A stretch of DNA of 64,000 nucleotides from Psilocybe cubensis (taxonomy: Eukaryota): NCBI GenBank assembly GCA_017499595.2, contig CM039002.1, positions 1,860,001-1,924,000 of the forward strand, written 5' to 3'. A model generated the notes under the pieces. It ran no database searches and had not been told where the DNA came from. It saw only the letters and a program-made list of their open reading frames with translations. Position 1 is the stretch's first letter; each line of letters begins with the position of its first letter. A program made the translations under genes and the position numbers. Shown here one piece after another: positions 34,109-47,941 of this stretch.

Positions 34109-35371
34109 ATGTCCGCGTCCCTCACTGACCTAGCCATTCCCCAGTCTATTTTGGACACCGATCTCTACAAGGTACGCTACATATCCGATACTGTAGCCCA
34201 CAGAAATCACCGTTGAACGGGAACGGCCCGCGCAGTTGACTATGCAGCAGGCGGTGCTGCACCACTTCCCAGACACGGAGGGCACATACCGCTTCACGAA
34301 CCGCAACAAAGGCGTCCTGTTTTCGCGCCAGTGCATCGAACGTTTCCGCACCGCCGTATCTCGTACGTCGTTATCCCGTCCTGCGTTCCCACCAGCAAAG
34401 CAACTCTCCTGGTGCTAACATGTCGCCTTTGCAGACTTTACAATCCTCTTTCTGACCCACACCGAGCGTGAATGGCTCGCAAGGACATGCCCTTATCTCA
34501 CCCCCGAATACCTCTCATATCTCTCTTCATACCGCTTCAAACCCGAACAAGTCAAGATCAAGTACACCCCCGTCACAAGCGATAACCTGAAAGGAACTGT
34601 AGACATTGATGTATCCGGTCCATGGGTCGAGACGATCCTATGGGAGGTCCCTCTCATGGCCTGTCTTAGCGAATGCTACTTTCAAGAAGTCGACACGGAC
34701 TGGAATTACGATAATCAAGACGGTACATACCCTTCACCTCCGCTCCACCTAATTCTGTTGATTGATCACTATTCTTTGTCGAATCAGAGCTCGCTTATTC
34801 GAAAGGCAAGACGCTCCTCGAGAATAACTGCGCCTTCAGCGAGTTCGGCACGCGTAGACGACGCTCTTTCCAGACCCAGGTGATAGTTATCGAAGGTCTT
34901 CTGCGGGCATCAAAGGATCTCCCTGGGTCTGGTAAATTTACTGGCACTAGTAATGTGGGGCAACACAAAATTGCAATGTTTACACCTCTAAGCAACGTTT
35001 AGGTTCACCTCGCTCATTTGTATGGACTTTCACCGATAGGCACGATCGCACAGTTAGTCTTTCTCAAGAGCTCTCACGAATGGCCAATTGATTCTCCGCA
35101 ATCCACAGTGAATGGTTTATGGGTGTAGGTTTATTTATTCCTCCTTCAAAGCTCGAACCAAGAATATCGTCTAGGTCGGAGCTCTGAAAGGTTACGAACA
35201 CGCCAACACAAAGGCCCTGCGGCTCTGGGAAGAAGTGTATGCAGGTGGACAGGCACCTCTGATCTCTCTGACAGACACGTTCACAACCGAATCTTTCATC
35301 AAGGTGGGCACCACTTGCACTGTCTACGTCATCGCTCCCCCATCATGCTTTGGATTCTGAATTACATTCGT

Positions 35372-35402
<31 letters not shown>

Positions 35403-35989
35403 TCCTACACGCATGGCAGCCTCTGATTAATTGACTATTACAGGACATGCTCGCAGACCCCGAGCTGGCTCAGCGCTGGGCGTGCCTGCGCCAGGACTCG
35501 GGTGACCCATTTGCCTTTGGACCGCGCGTGCAAAAGATGTACCGTGCCCTCGGGATACCCACCAACTCCAGAGGCCTCATCTACTCAGACGCGCTCACGA
35601 TCGACAAGTGCGTCGATCTCAAAAAGGCTTCCGACGAGTTAGATTTCGGATACGGTGAGTATAAGCTTGACTTTTCCCGACCTCGACCAACCGCATGTGC
35701 TCTTGAGAAACTTTTGATCCGAGGCTGATTTATGCTCAGTGTCCTTTGGGATTGGAACGTTCCTTACGAACGACTTCCGTAGCCCCACGACAGGTGAGAA
35801 GAGCAAAGCTCTAAACATCGTCATCAAACTCTCCTCTGTGGCCGGCAAGCCGTGTGTCAAGCTCAGTGATGATCTAAACAAGGTAAACAAACTCCCCGTT
35901 CTACGTGTACAATAGACTTATGCGAAAAAATTAAGACAACGGGAGACCTCGAAACTGTTAATCTCGTGAAGAAAATATACGACTTGTAG
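34109..35989 (+). CDS. NPT1: Nicotinate phosphoribosyltransferase (multi-exon)
   Basis: [85 protein letters not shown]. Confidence 0.96.
35377..35401 (+). repeat. (AC)n microsatellite in an NPT1 intron
   Basis: About 12 AC units. Confidence 0.9.
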
Positions 35990-36356
35990 GTTTATTCCTA
36001 GCTCGAGGACTCGAACATCAGAGGCTGGAAGACTATTTCAACAATATCTCAAGTGGCCTCATCATTTCGCTCATCGGTTATTCATTGCTTTAACGCTATC
36101 TTTGTTATATTAGAGTCATGTACATTTGTAAATCGCTGTATCTGAAGTAATATATATTTTTCTCGAAGTTCAATTCAAGATTCGAGTTCTGTTTCCAAAA
36201 AGCGGCAATTATTTATGACGTTATATGTGTGGAAAAATATTTGATAATGAAACTAATATTGGCAGTTGCATCTTTCCACCTTCACATTCCAAGTTCGATT
36301 CAACTTTCCACCTTATTCTTCAACGCCATACCTCAGAAGCTTTATATTCGACAATC

Positions 36357-37214
36357 ATGGCTGATGTTCGGGCTCTCTTGAAAGCCAAACGGCAAGAAGC
36401 ACGTATCACGCATCCGTATGCCGCCTACAACTCCTCCGGTCAACTAAAATGCACTGTCTGTAGCACCACAATCAAACACGCGTCTGCATGGGAAGGACAC
36501 CTAGGCAGCAAAGCACACAGAACCAACATCATACGTCTGAGAGAGGAGGAGAAGCGGCAACAACAGGCACGAGAGCAGGAGCAGCTCCCACATCGTGAAG
36601 AATCCCACTCCCCCGAACCGACGCGGAAACGAAAGCCAGATGACGACGAATCACAGTCGAGTAATGGCTCTGTAGAGAAAAAGAGAAAGGTGGAGGAACC
36701 TAGCAAACCACCGCAGGCGTCATCATCATCATTTCCTCAGGATTTCTTCTCGGATCCTTCGCGCGGCCCAGTGCCTTTGTCTTATTCCGACGACGAAGAC
36801 GAGGAGGAAGAACCTGCATCCGATAAACCTGCACCAGCCGCCGCTCCTGCTTCTGGTGTTGACGAGGAATACGAACGGTTCCAACGCGAACTACTTAGCA
36901 GTGCTGTTGACCCCACAGAAGCCTACAGCCGCGCCACTATAGCTGCAGAACCTGTGCTAGCACCCACACAGATCCAAGGATTCCCGCCTACCACTGTAGA
37001 CCAAGCTCCCGAGGAACCTCCCCAACTGACTGAAGAGGAGATCAGACAAAAGCGCGAACAGGAAGAGAGGGAGCTCATTATGGACAAACTATTGGCTGAG
37101 GAACGCGCGCAGGAAGACGCGGACACGCGTGTGCAACTTATGAAGACGAAACTAGAAAACCTTCGGAGAAAGCGAGAGGCTGCAAAAGCCAACAAGCAAA
37201 AGGACAGTCGTTGA
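36357..37214 (+). CDS. ZNF830/CCDC16-like C2H2 zinc-finger spliceosome-associated protein
   Basis: MADVRALLK; ITHPYAAYNSSGQLKCTVC...WEGHLGSKAH; FPQDFF; VDEEYERFQRE; C-terminal coiled coil; single exon. Confidence 0.8.
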   Translation: MADVRALLKAKRQEARITHPYAAYNSSGQLKCTVCSTTIKHASAWEGHLGSKAHRTNIIRLREEEKRQQQAREQEQLPHREESHSPEPTRKRKPDDDESQSSNGSVEKKRKVEEPSKPPQASSSSFPQDFFSDPSRGPVPLSYSDDEDEEEEPASDKPAPAAAPASGVDEEYERFQRELLSSAVDPTEAYSRATIAAEPVLAPTQIQGFPPTTVDQAPEEPPQLTEEEIRQKREQEERELIMDKLLAEERAQEDADTRVQLMKTKLENLRRKREAAKANKQKDSR

Positions 37215-37452
37215 ATACGAATATTTATTCATATCGGACACTCGGTATTATACCAGGATTGTTACTCCTGCGCAGAGTACCTGTCTTGACCTACTCTTGT
37301 ACTATCGCCCCGGGTCGATTCATAGCGCGTCAGGTTGATATATTATTAGTCAATTTGAATTACTAAGTAGTTAGCTATCAAAATTGAAGCGGAGCCGAAA
37401 AAGATTGTGAGTTGCCTAAGCCAGCGTTGAAAGCGTCTTTCCCATAGCCACA

Positions 37453-38902
37453 ATGCCGGGGACGCATCTTCTACCACCAAATCTTCTCAAACTCTTCGCA
37501 CCTCGTCCACCGCTCCCCTATGCTCGCCCTGTGGACCGGGACATTGACCGAATTCGCAAAAAAGATGTTACTGGTGTAGCCGCCATCCTTGCTCAGCTCA
37601 AGGAAGCCAATACGGATTCCTTGATAAATGCTGGAACATCCGAGGCAATGGAAGAAGGAGAAGAGCCCGTGTATACCCACGCCGAAGAGACCAAGCGCCA
37701 AATCAGACGCGAGGAACGCAAGGCCAAAAAAACGGAGGACTTCAAGATCGCGAAGGAAACTTGTGAGTTCATTATTTTTCGATTTGTATGCTAGGGCCAG
37801 CGTTTGAGCATTTCGACTTTAGACAAGCCTTCTGACGACCCAGAGGCTATTGGTGACCCTTACAAAACACTCTTCATCTCTCGATTGGTAATAATTGTAC
37901 TCCTTTTACTCACCAAGAAACAGCATCCTAACTTCCCTCTAGCACAAATCCGCCACCGAGACAGACCTTCGACGGGAATTTGAAGGTTATGGAACCATTG
38001 AACGCGTACGAATAGTTCGTGATAAAAAACAGCGTAGCAGAGGCTACGCATTTATTGTATACGAGCGGGAACGCGACATGAAAGGTATTGTTACTCTTCT
38101 CTATCTATCCACGCTCACTGGATTGCTCACCTTTACGTGTCTTAGCTGCTTACAAGGAATCCGACGGTTTGCAGATAATGGGTAAGAGAATTCTCGTGGA
38201 CGTGGAACGAGGTAGGACAGTTCGCGGTTGGAAACCTCGTCGTTTAGGCGGCGGTTTGGGTGGTCGTCCAAAACGGGTGGAACCCGCCCAGCTGCCCCCA
38301 CCAAGATCTGGAGGTATGAGAGGTGGGATGTCAGGAGGAGGCGGAAGAGGGTTTGGCGATCGAGGTGGTTTCAGAGGAGGTCGTGGTGGTTTCGGTGGAG
38401 GTCGTGGTGGAGGTGGAGGTTACGGTGGAGATCGCCCCAGTTTCGGTGGTGGGGACCGTGGATATGGGGATCGAGGAGGCGGAGGCGGAGGAGGCTATGG
38501 TGGTGATAGAGGAGGCCATGGCGGTGACCGAGGTGGTGGTGGGTTCCGTGGTGGATTCAACGGAGGTAACGACGGTGGATTCAGAGGGGGATTCCGCGGT
38601 GGACGGGACGGTGATTCTGGAGGTTTCAGGTATGCATTATGTTCTTTGCTCATCGTCTCGGTTGTAACATTTTCTCTTGCAGAGGTGGACGTCCTGGCGG
38701 CGGAATTGGGTTCCAAGGCGGAGGAGGATTCAGTGACAACCAACCCAATGGCTTCGGGCCTCCTCATGCAGGTCCAGGCGGATATGGTGGTCCTCCTTCA
38801 GGTGGTCCCCCAGGTGGAGGATATGGTTATCGTGGTGGTGAACTCAAGCGCGATGCTCCAGGCGGGTATGATGATCGGGATTCTAAGCGACCTCGGTACT
38901 AG
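37453..38902 (+). CDS. SNP1: U1 snRNP 70 kDa protein
   Basis: [30 protein letters not shown]1 [37 protein letters not shown]-rich tail ending DSKRPRY. Confidence 0.96.
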
Positions 38903-40505
38903 GTTTGTCACCGTGGAAGGTACACCTTCTTTGCTTTTCATTCGACCTGTCAAGCCAAAACGACTCCGATAGCTGGGTCGCGATGGTATAAGTATTCCCA
39001 AGGTTTTGTTTTAATATTTTCATTCTTGCTTTGTTTTCGTAAGTATATCGTTATGGGTCTTCCGGGGCCATTCGTCATTCTTCCCCAACAAGACTGTATT
39101 CCTTTGACGCCGAAAACCTTTTAGGAGACGTATCAGAATCTACTAATTAGGCTTCATCCAAACCGCGGTGGCTTGGTGGCAAACAAAGTTATTTTTTCCT
39201 CCAACGCAAAAACGATAGAGCTGCGTTGGAATACATAAATAGGGCTCACCTACTGATCGACGCCTTTTTAGGTGGTTTGTCGAGCGCGCTATTGACAGAA
39301 ATATATAAGTAAATCCAACAAGCGCCTATTTTTGTTCATTTCGAGAGTAGTTGAGCATGTACATGGTGATCTCTGCCGGAGCCGACGCGAGAGATTTGTT
39401 TTCAGGGTCTATTCAGGGTCTTCGCTGTTCGGAACGAAACGCCACGCGAGAGCGGTGGCATCAAGATGTACTTGTGTGGGTCCCGACCGTTAGTGGACCC
39501 GCACGATAGATATCTCGGCGTTACTTGTGCCCAATGGCGGGCACATTTTATCCAGATGGATTCTAGAAGACGAAACGGCTGCTCAGCGCTGCATATGACT
39601 GCTCAGTCGAAGACGGAGAGGATTCGCAAACGTGATTATGGAGGCTGCATAAGGAAGGCAATAAGAAGGTCAGGGCCATTTATCGAAAGATGGTGAGTCG
39701 CAGCAGCCCCATATGTCTTCCGTAGCAACCTCTTTCATCCGAGGATCTTTGCCCTTCTCACTCCCCGTCCGCCCTTCCAGCTAGCTTGCCTTTTGTCGGT
39801 TTGACTCGACTGTTAATGACGTCTCGGAATATCATACTTCGTCCAAACAAAGTTTGTCTTTCAGACTTGATCCTTCCATGATTTGCCCAATTCCGAAATT
39901 GCAAAACGCCAGGAGCGACGCCAAGCCCCAATCGCACCTGCTGCTCAAAAAAACCTCCATCCAGCCCCCCTCGCGATGAGAACAAACCCTGCTGTTCTGC
40001 AAACGTCTGGTCCAGAGCTTGTTGCTTGAACATGGTTCCGAGTCCTGCGTTTATAAATACTTGCGCTTACTTGATTCAGCAAACTAAGGCAAACTACTCC
40101 TGCAACAAACGCGGTTCGGACGCGATCTTCGGTAACATTGTTACCTTGCAACCAGGGTTCCACTAACCGTTCCTAGATCCGATCGAGGTTGCCCACAGAC
40201 CGTCATGGTCAGTGGAATCATGAAACTCGACTGCTTTTTAGGCCAGGCGCGTCAACGGCCCACAATTCCAACTCTGTCTTTTCTTCTTACCTCTCATTCC
40301 ACTTAATTTGTCTCCTTTGATATTACTATACTTTTATCATATTTTTACATCCGGGGACTAATTTTCGCCATTTGCCTCCACACCCCTTTCATCGTAACGG
40401 ATTCAAATCGGACTACCATATCCAGGTGCCACGATTACCTATAGGACGCGAGTATTTTTTTTCTGGACTCTTCGCCCCTTGCTCTGCTAACTTCAATACA
40501 TAGGA

Positions 40506-42259
40506 ATGGCACAATATGATGCTTCTGGAACATACAGCAGGAGAGGATCTCTCCGTATAGATTCTTTGAGTGCCCCAACGGACGATGAGTTGAGCAATGC
40601 ATCCCCAAGCTCCACAACTGCGACCAACTCTCCCAGCTCGGCTTTTCACTCCAATGCCGCAGGTCATCCAATTTCAGTCAAGTTAGAAGAAGACAAAGAG
40701 CCATCTTCTGGCCCTCATAGGCAGCGATCAACGTCGATCTCAAGGACCAAAGGCGAAAAAGAAAAGCGAAAAAGATCGCGTGTGACTCCAGAGCAGCTAG
40801 TACGTCTGGAACGATACTTTGCTATGGATCGGAGCCCCACTGCCGCAAAACGAAGGGAGATTAGCGAGGCCTTAGGGATGCAGGAACGTCAGACCCAAAT
40901 ATGGTTTCAGAATCGGTCTGTGTGCAACAATCTACACCACTATTTTGCCAGCTCAACTGTTGCAATTTAGGAGGGCAAAGGCCAAGCTGCAAGATGGAAA
41001 AGACGGACGCGTGGATGGTATGGAAATTGCCCCAGAATTAGCGCCTGAGCTCGGCTCGAAGTATGAAGTTGATCTTCGCGATCTTATTCATGAAGATGAA
41101 CGTGAGTAATTAACTTGCGCGCCTTTCTATTCTATTATTAATAGTTGGCATTTATTTATGAAAAGCCGTCACTATCATCCCATGCACAGATCTAGCTGTA
41201 GGAAACTGGCGTCGCATTGCCTCTGCCTCCAGTAAACACGATCTAGTGGCATATGTATCAGAGACGAAACGGTGTTTGACGTGGTTCATTCATTCAGATG
41301 GCTATGGATTTAAGATGGAAATACCGTTCGAAACAGTCATTGACACCCAGTTCCAGTCTGCTTCCCCGGGCCTAGCTCTCGCCGTTTTTGTGCTGTCTCA
41401 GCCCCCACTCTTTTATCTAGAAAATGCCTCCGCACCGCGACCTGATGGAACCGTGGCTCGTACATGGAAACGTTCTGCAGACTGGACAGAAGGTCACCAG
41501 GCGACTCAGGTTCTCCGCCATTCTTTGATGGGGTCGGCTGTCCCATTATCCCACCTTGTGCGCAGTTTGCCAGCGAACAATAACCCCTCAAAACCTCCAT
41601 TGCCAGCATACCGCTCGTCGGAGCCATCAGCATCTCGTCCCATGGAAATACCAGCGCCACCGCTGGCGAGTTTGAATAATCCAACATTCTCTTATACAGC
41701 GCCGGGGATGGGAAAGAGTTCCGACTTCCTTCATCTTGACCAGATGCAAAAGCGACTCTCATACGGTACGTTAGAACATCGGCATATGCCTGAACTCGAT
41801 CTGCGAGCGACACCGCATAGTGCACCTACTTTGAGCTTTGCGAAGCAGCAGCCTCCATATTTACCGCCCGTGAATCGGCCGACAGCAACCGGATTCCAAC
41901 AACCTTCCCCAGTCTTCAACGACTACCAGATAAATTCCCATCAAAATGCTGTGATGTCTGGTTACCCCGCGGCTCAGGCGGTTTCTCGCCCATACTCGGT
42001 ACAACCGCAGCGATTCTACGACAATAGTGGTCCCCGTGCCCTACAGAATTTCCATTCAGATTCCGATTCGCCCATGCTGTTTGACCCTCAGTCCCCGCGC
42101 CTATTAAATTCACCGTATCACCCGGCCAATGTCGATAATCGCTCTACAAGTACTCGACCACCTTCGTCTCACTCACAAACAGGACACTCTCAAGCGCCTT
42201 CAGACCGAGCTATCGTATACGAAATTGACGAAGATTTACGTGGTAGAAGACCACAATAA
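40506..42259 (+). CDS. Homeodomain transcription factor (Pho2-like family)
   Basis: RKRSRVTPEQLVRLE...ERQTQIWFQNR|RAKAKL; downstream IPCTDLAVGNWRRI and FKMEIPF..WKRSADWTEGHQA domain; two introns. Confidence 0.9.
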
Positions 42260-42677
42260 TAATAATATCCTCAAAATTAGTTGCCAAAATTACATTCATT
42301 TTAGTATACTATATGTCCCTTTCAAATCTTGTTAATGCACCAATAATCAATTTTCATTTGTATACACTTACTGTAGAACTTAAACACAGTTTCTTGTTCG
42401 TTCTCTCAGAATAATTGCTAGATACATAATCACGCGCATTAGCGCTACATAACCACACCTTACTATTAGTTGTATCCAACATAGTTTTTGCCCAGCTCTT
42501 GTATGCTCCACAAATATATTATAAAGCCTTTGCCACCCATAAGTTCAAGAACATAGATGGAATACACCATTGACGACGAAAAGGCGTAATGTGTAATTAG
42601 TACGTAGGATGAGAGGTAACTTTTGTCGCACAACATATGTTGTCCAGTATAATGCAGCTTGCATAAATTACAGAATC

Positions 42678-43244
42678 CTACAACGATGCGGATTGACCTT
42701 CCTGCCTTTCCCTGCTTACCCGTGCAGTGTATGTTCGGCTTACAATGTCGACTGTGACACACGTTAATCAGCTGCAGACAAAGCTATATTTCGCAAATAT
42801 GCCACAACTTACACGCCTCCATGTATCGGTCAAGGCATCTGGCCAGGCATGTCTGGATGCAGATGATCGATATCACATGGGTGTACAAGACATGCTGAAT
42901 CTCTCACCTGCTCCGAACTAGACAACGACTCTCCGGGCTTGGTGACACATTTGAGGAAGCACCGATCTCCTGCTTTCTATAGTGACCAAAGTGACAGAAA
43001 ACACGGTGAGCGACTTGGAAGAGGGAGTCACGAGCACGGTTATTCCATACGTTGATGAGCTCCTGTGCATTTGCAATCGCCAGTTCCTGACGAACGTTGT
43101 TCATCATGGCTTCTTTGCGAGCAGCCATGTCTAGTCAACAGCAGAAGTTAAGCAGGTTAAACAACGAGCGTATCGTTCCTCAGTAAAACCCAAACACGCA
43201 CCAGATGGAGATGAAGCCGAGGACCTAGAAAGAAAGTCAGACAT
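42678..43244 (-). CDS. TIM13: Mitochondrial small Tim chaperone Tim13
   Basis: VRQELAIANAQELIN; twin CX3C motifs CFLKC..KPGESLS and CLARCLDRYMEAF..VSRTY. Confidence 0.92.
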
Positions 43245-43414
43245 GGCGGACGAATGTTAGGGGAGTGTTCAAGTTTCAAGACGCGTTTGAACCGAATGCG
43301 TTCACAGTCGGTCACTTCGCGGAACAAATTTATGACATGCGCACGTGACAATGATTTATAGATTGCTTCAAGCGCAGAAGCCCTGACTCATCTACACACT
43401 TTCTTTGCTTTTCT

Positions 43415-45489
43415 ATGGGTGCCAGAGAATCCACGGGACGCCCACAGGGGAACGATGCTGAACAGCAAGAAAATACGCTTGACTACTATCAGATTTTGGA
43501 GGTATCCGAAGATGCTACTGCAGACGAAATCAAGGTGAATTACGCCGGTATAACATTTGTATTTCTTAAAACCAATAATCAGTTATCGTCTTTCTAGAAA
43601 TCTTTTCGACGTCTTGCTCTGATTCACCATCCGGACAAAAACCATGCAGATGTAGAAGAGGCAACGCGTAGATTCGCCACTTTACAACAGGCATATGAGG
43701 TCAGCTCAATCCTCCATCCCATCGGTTAAACTTAATGCAATAAGAAGGCAATGATTCCAGATCCTGAGCGATGATCAAGTGAGCGTCGAGACCATGCTTT
43801 CGCCTACACTTTGGTTTTAATGCTCAATAGGAACGAGCTTGGTACGACTCGCACCGTGCATCTCTTGTACCAGAAGCAGACGCGGATACCGTCTTCGAGG
43901 ATATCCGGAAGGGGACCACTACCTCAAGTCGTGTGAGGGATAGAGGACTCACAGTCAGACACCTCGCTAGATTTTTTGAGCCTACATCTTGGAAAACCTT
44001 TGACGACGGAGATAATGTACGCATGGCTCGTTCATTCGCCTATTCAGCAGATTACCTGATTTTTTTGACTCGCTCGCAGAGTTTTTTTACCATATACCGC
44101 AACCTATTCGCAAGACTGGCGGCAGAAGAGTTGTCATTTGGGCAAACCGAAACATTTCCCTCATTTGGATACTCGACATGGTCGTGGTCCTCATCTGGCC
44201 CAGAAGACCCAGATGACGCAAAGTCATTCTATAATGCATGGCTGTCATTTGTCACAGAGAAAGATTTCATGTGGATGGAGCAATGGAATACGGCAGAAGC
44301 ACCTGAGAGGCGTGTTCGACGGTAAGGCTGACATTGATTTAAAAAGATTGTGACTTGAATATCCCTAGGCTCATGGAGAAAGACAATAAAAAATTGCGTG
44401 ATGATGCTCGCAGAGAATATAACGAGACTGTTAGAGTGAGTGCTTTATCTTCTCTAGAAAAGGGTGTTCTTTATAAAAATGACAATATCAGTCGTTAGTC
44501 AAATTCGTTCGAAAGCGTGATCCCCGGTACAAAAAGCATCTCGAAGCCCAAGTAGCTGCCTCCTCCGCTCCAACCCCCACTCCCCAGAAAGTCACGCCAA
44601 GACCAAAGGAGAACATTGGTGCCCTTTACGTTGAACAGGAATGGCAAAAAGTCGAGACCAAAGGCCTGCATGCTGACCTCGACTGGGCGGAAGCAGAGGG
44701 AGACATGGAAGAATGGGAATGCGTCGCTTGCCGAAAGACGTTCCGCAGCGAGGCAGCGTGGAATAGTCACGAGCGCAGCAAAAAGCACATGAAAGAGGTG
44801 GAACGTCTGAAATGGGAAATGCAAGAAGAAGACGAGGCCCTGAATTTGGATGGTGAATTTGAGGCGGAAGGGGCAGAAACACCGCCCAAATCAGATGTAG
44901 ACGATGACAATGTCGATGATACCAAAGACCTGGCCACAGAACAAGTTCCCGCCCCCAAACCTTTGCCTAGCGAAGATGGTCAAGGAAAACCCCCAGTTGA
45001 CCCATCTACATCGACATCCGAATCGGCAACCAACCGCAAGAATAATATTCCGAAACATCGTGAGGAAGAAGACGAAATCCCATCCCGGCGCAGAAAGGGT
45101 CGGAGAAGAAACAACTTTGACATCCTAGACGACGAAACCCAAGAAAATCCGGATTCAACACTGTCTCCTGAAACACAGATTCCGGATCGAGGACAGTCAA
45201 CGCCCATCCCCGAGTTATCCAAGAAAGAAAAGCGGCGGGCCAAGCAACAAGCGAAACAGGAAGGACCCAAATCCGACAATGTCCTGGTGAGTAGATCGCC
45301 GTCCACTTTTTTTTGCACGGGTTCTAATCACCAAGCCGATATCATCATCAGGCGTGTAATGAATGCGGGGAAACTTTCCCTAGCAAGACAAAATTGTTCA
45401 ACCACATAGCAGAGTTTGGTCACGCTTCAGCCGTCGCTGTTGATGATCAAAAAACCAAGGGAGGAAAAGGCAAGAAGCAACGCCGATGA
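43415..45489 (+). CDS. JJJ1: J-domain/C2H2 co-chaperone Jjj1 (DNAJC21)
   Basis: [42 protein letters not shown]; zinc fingers [15 protein letters not shown] and [14 protein letters not shown]. Confidence 0.93.
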
Positions 45490-45662
45490 TTTGTTGGCAG
45501 GTTTTTTTGTATATTGCATAAGGATATCCAGGAGGTACTTAGATATAACACCAAGCCTGATGCAGGATTTCACACACACAGAATACACGCGATCGATAAT
45601 CCAAAGAATTAGCATAAGAGATACAAAGATCATCTGGGGAAGCATATTATACACGCAGAAGT

Positions 45663-47004
45663 CTATCCCATCAATTGGGATATGTCTGCCGGAGGATATT
45701 TGGTTTGCGAAAAGGTTAAGAGTCTATTGAAAGTTTGGTCAAAAGAGTGAATGTCAAAGTAACAGATTGATATTTTACCTTTTTAGACTCTGGATATACT
45801 TCCGACTGACCTCGTCGTTCAATACATGAGCAACTTGATCCGCAGAAATTTTTTCTCGTGCAGAACGTTCGTGAATACTGAATCACAGTTAGTAAAGTTG
45901 GTTATTAAATCACACAACAAATATTTACCCAACCATCGTCACACCAATTGGCCATGGCGCATTCCCAATGGAGAGACGAAGATACGAGTCATTGGCACGT
46001 TGATATTGTCGTTTTTGCATGTAATGCACAATTTCAGCCATTCGGGCCAACATGTCGGATGGCAGAGACTGATAAACGAGTCAGTTTCAGCAATGGATCA
46101 GTGGTTAATGTGCGTACTCGTGAGCGAAGGGTTTTGAATAAAGGCTTCAAGTTCTCTGCTGACTGTACTTGGGTCGCGGCAGCTAATTTGCCTTGAGTCG
46201 TCCGCTTAACATGTTCTATACAAGATGGCTAAGTGATATACTTTGACAACAACCAGTAGAATGGCGTACCTGGGCGTTCATCCATGGCCTCTTCCCATTC
46301 CTTTAGAGTCCTCTTCAATGCATAGTAAATCAATGGATACAATTTGTCCGGATCGGTTTTGAGGAGTCCAAGGTCAAGAATGCTATTAGCACCTGGATCG
46401 TCCTCCCTTTTCTTGCCCTTCGTGGACTTGTTGCGCAGTTCCCTTTCACTATTTTCTACATCTTCGAGAGCCTTTTTGAAGTCATTTTGACCTCCTTGCC
46501 TGTCATGGCCTTTCTCTTCTATGAGTTCAAGTGCGCGAAGCCTAAGGCGGCGATCCTTATCGAGCTCTCCGAAGAGGCGAATCGGTTGGCCTTTTGCACG
46601 TAGCCTGCGAATTGTCTCTTCATTTGACAGGGTGAATCCTGTCGACTCTGTCGCGTTGGAAGATTCTGCTTCAGGTTGAACATCTGGGGTAGCGCCTTTC
46701 GAGCTGGAAGGGGTCACGGAGCGCTGTTCTCCAGCTATGCATCAGGACATCAAAGTACCAGCTTGAAAGAATGAGATCTCACTTTACTTTGTTTCTTCGC
46801 TTTCGCAGCAGCAGCAGCCTCCTCTTCAGCTTTTCGTGCAGCTTCAGCGGCCCTCTTTTGTTCTTCTCGTTCTTTCTGTTCTCGTTCTTCGCGGAGGCGC
46901 TCTATGTCTCCTCGTCGCATGTACTTGGAAGGACGATCTCCCAAGACAGGGTCTTCTTGAAGAGCCTTGCGTTTGTTGGCTATTTCAGCTTTGAGCAGAT
47001 CCAT
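45663..47004 (-). CDS. PRP18: Pre-mRNA splicing factor Prp18
   Basis: [68 protein letters not shown]. Confidence 0.95.
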
Positions 47005-47134
47005 TTGGTTCTAGTCAGAGAGTGATGGTGTGCCAGGCTCAGCTCTAGGCTGTATTAGGTAAGCGTACCTATTGGGCGAGTATGTTTTGTCGTTCCGCCG
47101 TAACCCGACCTTCAACCACCACAACGACTTGACC

Positions 47135-47679
47135 ATGTCTGACGCTTCTGAACTTTCTAGGTATTGACTCAATTTTAACTTCCTCGAAAATGGCTAACAG
47201 CGTTTTCACAGCAAATACGTCCTCCAGACCGTTGGTTTCGACGGTGCGTCACAGGTCTTTTCGAATCGTTACCTCGGACCTAATTTGAACTCCCTTCTGT
47301 AGCTCGTTTCCCTAACACCAACCAGACCAGGAACTGGTACGAAAACGCTCAAAAATTACTGAGATGAGGAAAAACGCGCTTATCACATGTGTTTCAGCTT
47401 CCAGAACTACACCGATTACTTCAAGTGCATCGCGGCCAAGGGTGACGATTTTGCGCCATGCAAGCAGTTCAAAAAGGCGTACAACTCGCTCTGCCCCAGT
47501 GCGTTTGCCTATTGATGATAGCTTTTGTTCCAATGACTGACTGTTCTCCTTTTCTTTAGATGAATGGGTATGCCGCCGTGTTTTATCTTCATGCCCACTT
47601 ATTACTGACCCAAGTCTAGATCTCCAAGTTCGATGAACAACGCGAGAACGGCACATTCCCCGCTTCTCTGGAGCCCTGA
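47135..47679 (+). CDS. COX12: Cytochrome c oxidase subunit VIb
   Basis: LQTVGFD|ARFPNTNQT; CFQNYTDYFKC..KGDDFAPCKQFKKAYNSLCP; micro-exon ATGAATGG; FDEQRENGTFP. Confidence 0.92.
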
Positions 47680-47941
47680 TTATACCCACTCAGCTAGAGT
47701 TGGAATAGATGGTGGTACTTTATGCATCACGTGGGAGAGCTATTATGATAGATTCAGAAATGAGAAATAACATATTCTGTATTCTTTACTCTGACCATGA
47801 GTCCTTATCCTGCAAATTCAGAAATGTGCCGCCCTATCTCGCTAGGGAAAATCGCCGAAAACATGCTGTTTTCATAAACAATTTAGCTCCGCCCGTGCCC
47901 ACCACACACCGCTACATTCTTCTTGTCCACTTCCGTTTACC

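Noticed and set aside
39000-40500. Possible ncRNA or small gene upstream of the homeobox gene
   Set aside because: No tRNA cloverleaf, snoRNA box pair or credible ORF recognised; probably a long regulatory region or 5' UTR
40506-42259. Mating-type (HD) locus
   Set aside because: Single homeobox gene with a Pho2-like accessory domain, no divergent HD1/HD2 pair, and no MIP1 or beta-flanking gene nearby
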